Assembly (NCBI GenBank): GCA_046757025.1
Contig: JBHHXN010000047.1
Location: forward strand, 1 to 33,119
Source of the DNA: a bacterium
Lineage (GTDB): Bacteria > Zhuqueibacterota > Zhuqueibacteria > Oceanimicrobiales > Oceanimicrobiaceae
Length of the DNA stretch: 33,119 nt
Reading direction: 5' to 3'
In this document: positions 29,044 through 33,119 of the stretch, in pieces
Layout of the letters: every line of letters begins with the position of its first letter
How positions within the stretch are numbered: position 1 is the stretch's first letter
Translations under genes and position numbers: made by a program
The notes under the pieces: generated by a model
What the model was told of the DNA's origin: nothing
What the model saw: the letters and a program-made list of their open reading frames with translations, nothing else
The model's database searches: none

Positions 29044-30589
29044 ACAATTCAGCCCTTTGCCCGTTTCGGTGCGACAGCCCCATCAAAAATCCGACGATGA
29101 TCAGGGAAATCAGAAATGAAAATCCGCCGCGGCTGATAAACGGCAGGGTGATACCGGTCAGCGGAATCAGCTTGATCACCCCGCCGACATTGACGAAAAC
29201 CTGAATGGCAAGCATGCTGGTAAAACCCACGGCCAGCAATTTTTCAAAATCATTTCTTGAATCCACCACCACGCGCATACCCAGAAAAAATAGCAGTAAA
29301 TAGAGAAAGAGAATCACGGCCGAGCCGGCCAGGCCCAGCTCTTCGGCAATGGCGGCATAGACAAAATCCGACACCACCAGCGGAATGTTGGTTGGGTACC
29401 CCAGACCCAGTCCCGAGCCGCTCCAGGCACCGGCGTTGAGCGCAAAAAAGGAGTTCATGATCTGATAAACGTTGTCCCACCATTTAGCGTCGTGCGGTAA
29501 TTTCCAGATATCAGACCATATCAGGAAGCGCTGTAAAACATGCGTTGGCGCGATGCCTTCGAGCAGCAAAATAAATTTGGAAGTGAGCACCGTGACAGCG
29601 ATGCCGGCAAACAGATAGATGTATTTGCGCGTGATCACAAAAATCATGATCACCACCAGTCCGCCGTAGATGATCACCTGTCCGAAATCCTTCAGCAAGA
29701 CAAATAACAGTTGTGGAATCATCCAGATCAGGATGAACGGCCCCCAGGGCAACAGCAACCGCTGCAGTCGTTTGCCTTTTATTTTGGGCGCTTTGCGGGT
29801 GAAATCATCTTTGAAGCGTGCAAAAAATCCGGCCAGAAAAATGATGATGGTGATTTTAAATGCTTCCCAGGGAGTCATTTGATAGACAAACCGGCCGCGC
29901 GTTTTGACTTCGCTTAAAGCGACAAAAACCATGAGTAAAATAATCGTAAGCGTGACCCAGAAAAACGGCCGTGAAAGCGAATCCATGAATTGATTACTCG
30001 AACATTTTTTTACCAGGTAAACCAGTGAAAACAGGGCGATGAGATAGGAAACGATCAATCGTGACCAGCCGGGCAGGTTATCTAAAAATTCCTGCATCAC
30101 CTGACTCAATTTCATTTTTTCCAGGCGCAGTAGTTCCTGCCCTTCCTCCTGAATAGCTTCCAAACTTCTTTCGGCGGCGGTTTTTTCTTTCAGCGTGTCC
30201 GAGACCGCCAGCTCGGCAGTCAGGCTGTCGGTGCTCATTTTCTTCAAAGCCGCAGCGGAATATTGTTTCACCAGAGTTTCCTGAAAATCCACATTGATAG
30301 CGGCGCTGATGCGGTACTGTACCACAAACCCGATGCCGGTGAGCAGCGCCACCACCACCAGAATGGCAAAATCGCCTTTATAATTCTTTTTCAAGATAAA
30401 ATAAATGACCAGGAAAAAACCCATGAGCAAGGCGTTGCGCACCAGCACCGTTATGCTGGGGTCATACCCTCTGGCATTGCCGGCCACATAGACCGAAAGC
30501 ATCCCTAAAATTGAAATCAGGATGGCCAGCGTGATGCCAAATAGGGGATTAATTTTTGGAGTCGTCTTTTTTGACACTATCTGCCTCAA
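29033..30589 (-). CDS. rodA: SEDS family peptidoglycan glycosyltransferase (FtsW/RodA/SpoVE), actinobacterial RodA-like
   Basis: Polytopic; PWEAFK, KDFG, YQI, GSGLGLG, SDFVYAAIAEELG (catalytic Asp), PLTGITLPFISRGG. Start may be GTG 30577. Confidence 0.9.
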   Translation of the reverse strand: MRQIVSKKTTPKINPLFGITLAILISILGMLSVYVAGNARGYDPSITVLVRNALLMGFFLVIYFILKKNYKGDFAILVVVALLTGIGFVVQYRISAAINVDFQETLVKQYSAAALKKMSTDSLTAELAVSDTLKEKTAAERSLEAIQEEGQELLRLEKMKLSQVMQEFLDNLPGWSRLIVSYLIALFSLVYLVKKCSSNQFMDSLSRPFFWVTLTIILLMVFVALSEVKTRGRFVYQMTPWEAFKITIIIFLAGFFARFKDDFTRKAPKIKGKRLQRLLLPWGPFILIWMIPQLLFVLLKDFGQVIIYGGLVVIMIFVITRKYIYLFAGIAVTVLTSKFILLLEGIAPTHVLQRFLIWSDIWKLPHDAKWWDNVYQIMNSFFALNAGAWSGSGLGLGYPTNIPLVVSDFVYAAIAEELGLAGSAVILFLYLLLFFLGMRVVVDSRNDFEKLLAVGFTSMLAIQVFVNVGGVIKLIPLTGITLPFISRGGFSFLISLIIVGFLMGLSHRNGQRAELYDD

Positions 30590-32207
30590 AGTAGCCTAAT
30601 TCATGCGCTTTTAGATAGATCTGTTTGGCAATGGGCGCCGCCGCCGAACCGCCGTAACCCGCGCCTTCCGCCACCACCGCCACCGCTATTTTAGGATTGT
30701 CCACAGGCGCAAACGAAATAAACAACGCGTTGTTGACGATGTTCTTTTTCCAGGTGCCGTCAGCCATTTTTATGGGCTGGTTGATTTCTGCGGTGCCGGT
30801 TTTGCCCGCGGCTTCCACTTCGCTCATGCGCAACCGCCAGGCGGTGCCGCCCTGAGTCCACACCACCTCGCGCATCATCTTCTGCACGGTTTTAGCGGTC
30901 TCTTCCGAAACCACACGATGCCACACCTCTGGCGGCTGGTGCAGCTCCAGTTTGGGTTTCATCAGCACGCCGTTGTTGGCAATGGCTGCGGCAATCAAAG
31001 CTAATTGCAGGGGCGTGGTCAACACTTTTTCCTGCCCGATGCTCGACCAGGCCAGTTCATGGGCGTTTTCGGTGGGCGGAAACGAGCTGCGAAACACCAC
31101 GATGCCTTTTTTCAGCGCTTCGCTGGCGGTGTTCCATTCCACGGGTTGATTAAATCCAAAACGGTAGGCGATGTCGTGCATGAGGGAATCGCCCACGGTC
31201 ACACCCAATCTGGCAAAATAAGCGTTGCTGGATTTTACCAGCGCCCGAGTCATGTCGATGCTGCCGTGACCGCGCCAGACACGGCCGCGTTTGCGGTAGC
31301 TAGCCCGCTCATGATCAAACACCCGTTTTCTGCGCACCCCCGGCGGAAGATAACCGTTGGCGCCGATGGTCCAGACCGGATTCAGCCCCTTTTCAATTGC
31401 GGCACAGGCCACCACCGTTTTAAAGGTGGAGCCGGGCGGGTAACGCCCTTTTAGGGCGCGATTGTACAGCCGCTTGCCTTCTTCATCTTTGACGATCCGC
31501 ACCCAGGCCTCGTCCACGGAAACCGAATCCGGATGAAAACTGGGCGCACTCACCAGCACCAACACGTCGCCGGTAGCCGGCTCGATAGCCACCACCGCGC
31601 CTTTGTTGTCGCCAAAGGCTTCGTAAGCGGTTTTTTGTAGCTCATAATCCAGCGACAGCACGATGTCGTTGCCCAGGGGTTTCACCCGAAAATATTTATT
31701 GTTGATGAAATTATCGTTTTCTTCCGGGCTGTTCCGGGTCCAGCCCATCAATTTTTCGAAATAAAATTTTTCCAGTCCGGATTTATCGCGTTCTACGTCG
31801 GAATAACCGATGAGATGGGAAGTGGCTTCCCCTAAGGGGTAGTATCTTCTTGGCAACTCGTCATCGTTGGGTTGGGTGTAGCCGGCAAAAATTCGGAAAT
31901 CGTCGTGGTGGCGGTCATAAATGGTGCCTTTGATGGTAGTGGCTTCTACGATCCAGGGACGCGGATCGTGCAGCTTTTGGGTCTCTTCAAAATAATCGTT
32001 ATCAATGAAAAGCTGCCAGTAACTCTGGTAGCCAATCAACGTCAGGTAGGCCATCACAAACACCCACAACACCACGGAAATATCTTTTTGCCGGGCGAAT
32101 GAAAACACCCCGCGCAAATTTTTTCGCGCCACCACCAGAATACGAATCAGGTACAGACCCAGGGTGACAAGAAGAAGATACTTTATGATGATGAGTACGA
32201 GCAACAT
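30549..32207 (-). CDS. pbpA: Class B penicillin-binding transpeptidase, PbpA-like
   Basis: KGTIYDR, RYYPLG, GLE, PGSTFK (SxxK), SSN (SxN), KTGTAE; two N-terminal TM segments; short pedestal domain. Confidence 0.92.
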   Translation of the reverse strand: MLLVLIIIKYLLLVTLGLYLIRILVVARKNLRGVFSFARQKDISVVLWVFVMAYLTLIGYQSYWQLFIDNDYFEETQKLHDPRPWIVEATTIKGTIYDRHHDDFRIFAGYTQPNDDELPRRYYPLGEATSHLIGYSDVERDKSGLEKFYFEKLMGWTRNSPEENDNFINNKYFRVKPLGNDIVLSLDYELQKTAYEAFGDNKGAVVAIEPATGDVLVLVSAPSFHPDSVSVDEAWVRIVKDEEGKRLYNRALKGRYPPGSTFKTVVACAAIEKGLNPVWTIGANGYLPPGVRRKRVFDHERASYRKRGRVWRGHGSIDMTRALVKSSNAYFARLGVTVGDSLMHDIAYRFGFNQPVEWNTASEALKKGIVVFRSSFPPTENAHELAWSSIGQEKVLTTPLQLALIAAAIANNGVLMKPKLELHQPPEVWHRVVSEETAKTVQKMMREVVWTQGGTAWRLRMSEVEAAGKTGTAEINQPIKMADGTWKKNIVNNALFISFAPVDNPKIAVAVVAEGAGYGGSAAAPIAKQIYLKAHELGYFEADSVKKDDSKN

Positions 32208-32213
32208 CTGCGA

Positions 32214-32930
32214 TCACTCGGCTGTAAAGGTCATGATGATGGGATCTAATTTGCAAAAGCGGATTTTATCCCCAATGGAAATTTCCCGGCGGCCTTTGAT
32301 GGGAGCGTCTTCGTCGTTGATGTAGGTGCCGTTGGTGCTGCCTTCGTCCACCAGCGTGATTTTGTCCTTCGAAACAAAATGAAGGCTTGCCTGATTTTTG
32401 GAAATTTTTTCGAATGGCAAACAGATTTCGGCGCTGGAAACGCGGCCGATTTGATATTTGGTTCCGGGGGTTAAGTACCACTTCAGTCCTTTGCCCTCGC
32501 CATCGATCACCGTCAAACGAATTTTGGCCGCTTCTTTCGGGGACTCGTCCTCCTCTTCTGGAGTGGAGAACCAGCAGCGAATATCGGCTTTGTGTTTGGA
32601 AATGGTGGCGGAGGAGTTGATCTGCAGTTTGATCTTGGGACGCGGTAATTCGTAATCTTTCTCGGCCACGTATTTTTGCAGACGATCGATCATGACCGTC
32701 TCTAACTTTTTGATGGCATGCGCGTGTTTGATGAACACCGTATTGTTGACCAGGACGTCGTAATTGTCGGGCGCCATGAGCTGCTCCGGATCGTGAGCGT
32801 CGAGATTTCTGTCCAGTTTGTCGATCAATTCTCCATACAACCTTTCTTGCTCCAGCGGATCGATGAACCACCAGAAAATGGAAAACAACATTTTGCGAAT
32901 GCCGTGGTCGATACGTCGAATTAGACTCAT
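32214..32930 (-). CDS. fhaA: FhaA-like protein (DUF3662-like N-terminal domain + C-terminal FHA)
   Basis: APDNYDVLVN..LQKYVAEKDYEL..KIKLQI resembles the FhaA N-domain; FHA motifs IGR, ISKNQA, DEGSTNGTYIN, GDKI. Confidence 0.8.
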   Translation of the reverse strand: MSLIRRIDHGIRKMLFSIFWWFIDPLEQERLYGELIDKLDRNLDAHDPEQLMAPDNYDVLVNNTVFIKHAHAIKKLETVMIDRLQKYVAEKDYELPRPKIKLQINSSATISKHKADIRCWFSTPEEEDESPKEAAKIRLTVIDGEGKGLKWYLTPGTKYQIGRVSSAEICLPFEKISKNQASLHFVSKDKITLVDEGSTNGTYINDEDAPIKGRREISIGDKIRFCKLDPIIMTFTAE

Positions 32931-32964
32931 AAATTTTCTCTTGATTATGGTAACTGTTCAGCCG

Positions 32965-33119
32965 TTAGCTGTTGGCTTTTAGCTTGCTGATAAGGTTATT
33001 TATCATCATTTGTTTTTTGTTTAACTGATCTAAAACTACTCTGATATCTCCAGATGAGATGATAGATAGTTCTTCAATAATAATTAATTGAGTTTCCAAT
33101 TCAAACGATGAACCTAAAG
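32965..33119 (-). CDS. Four-helix-bundle protein (23S rRNA IVS/Avd-like family), 3' part only
   Basis: Manual translation from 33117: LGSSFELETQLIIIEELSIISSGDIRVVLDQLNKKQMMINNLISKLKANS*; GS..ELETQL motif; heptamer repeats AAGCTAA AAGCCAA CAGCTAA CGGCTGA overlap the stop. Confidence 0.85.
   Translation of the reverse strand, partial: LGSSFELETQLIIIEELSIISSGDIRVVLDQLNKKQMMINNLISKLKANS

Noticed and set aside
26338..29100. ORFs 26338-27273 (-) and 28393-29100 (+)
   Set aside because: Antisense shadows of the decarboxylase and PP2C genes.
17399..32930. T6SS regulatory cluster (PpkA/PppA/Fha)
   Set aside because: No tss core genes in the window; the partners are peptidoglycan enzymes.
32965..33119. 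Diversity-generating retroelement (Avd-like gene)
   Set aside because: No reverse transcriptase or template/variable repeat pair seen in the window.
1..33119. CRISPR array, tRNA, rRNA
   Set aside because: No regularly spaced direct repeats, cloverleaf or rRNA signature recognised by eye.

Overview
Bacterial window, probably from a diderm of the FCB/KSB1-Calditrichota type (inferred from a T9SS-A/FlgD-Ig C-terminal sorting domain, outer-membrane barrel, lipoproteins and the repeat families; not proven). The left third (1-10.3 kb) is an accessory mosaic: a TPR protein, an SDR, nested palindromic repeat elements, a stand-alone DnaJ-type zinc finger, a wHTH/membrane protein/methyltransferase/DUF62 SAM-hydrolase block, a doubly frameshifted and 5'-truncated secreted metzincin, and an integron-integrase remnant missed by the ORF track. 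The right two thirds (10.3-33 kb) look like one envelope-signalling locus. It holds three tandem TPR+CsgG/HfaB-like periplasmic proteins with an outer-membrane beta-barrel and a surface lipoprotein; two divergent membrane Hanks Ser/Thr kinases with PEGA-type (not PASTA) ectodomains; a TPR protein; an MltD-type lytic transglycosylase; and a convergent fhaA-pbpA-rodA-PP2C operon resembling the actinobacterial pknA/pknB cell-wall operon. A three-gene block with a non-canonical LysA-like decarboxylase sits inside it, and a partial four-helix-bundle gene (also missed by the ORF track) closes the window. No rRNA, tRNA or CRISPR array was seen. All family calls are by motif recognition, not database search.
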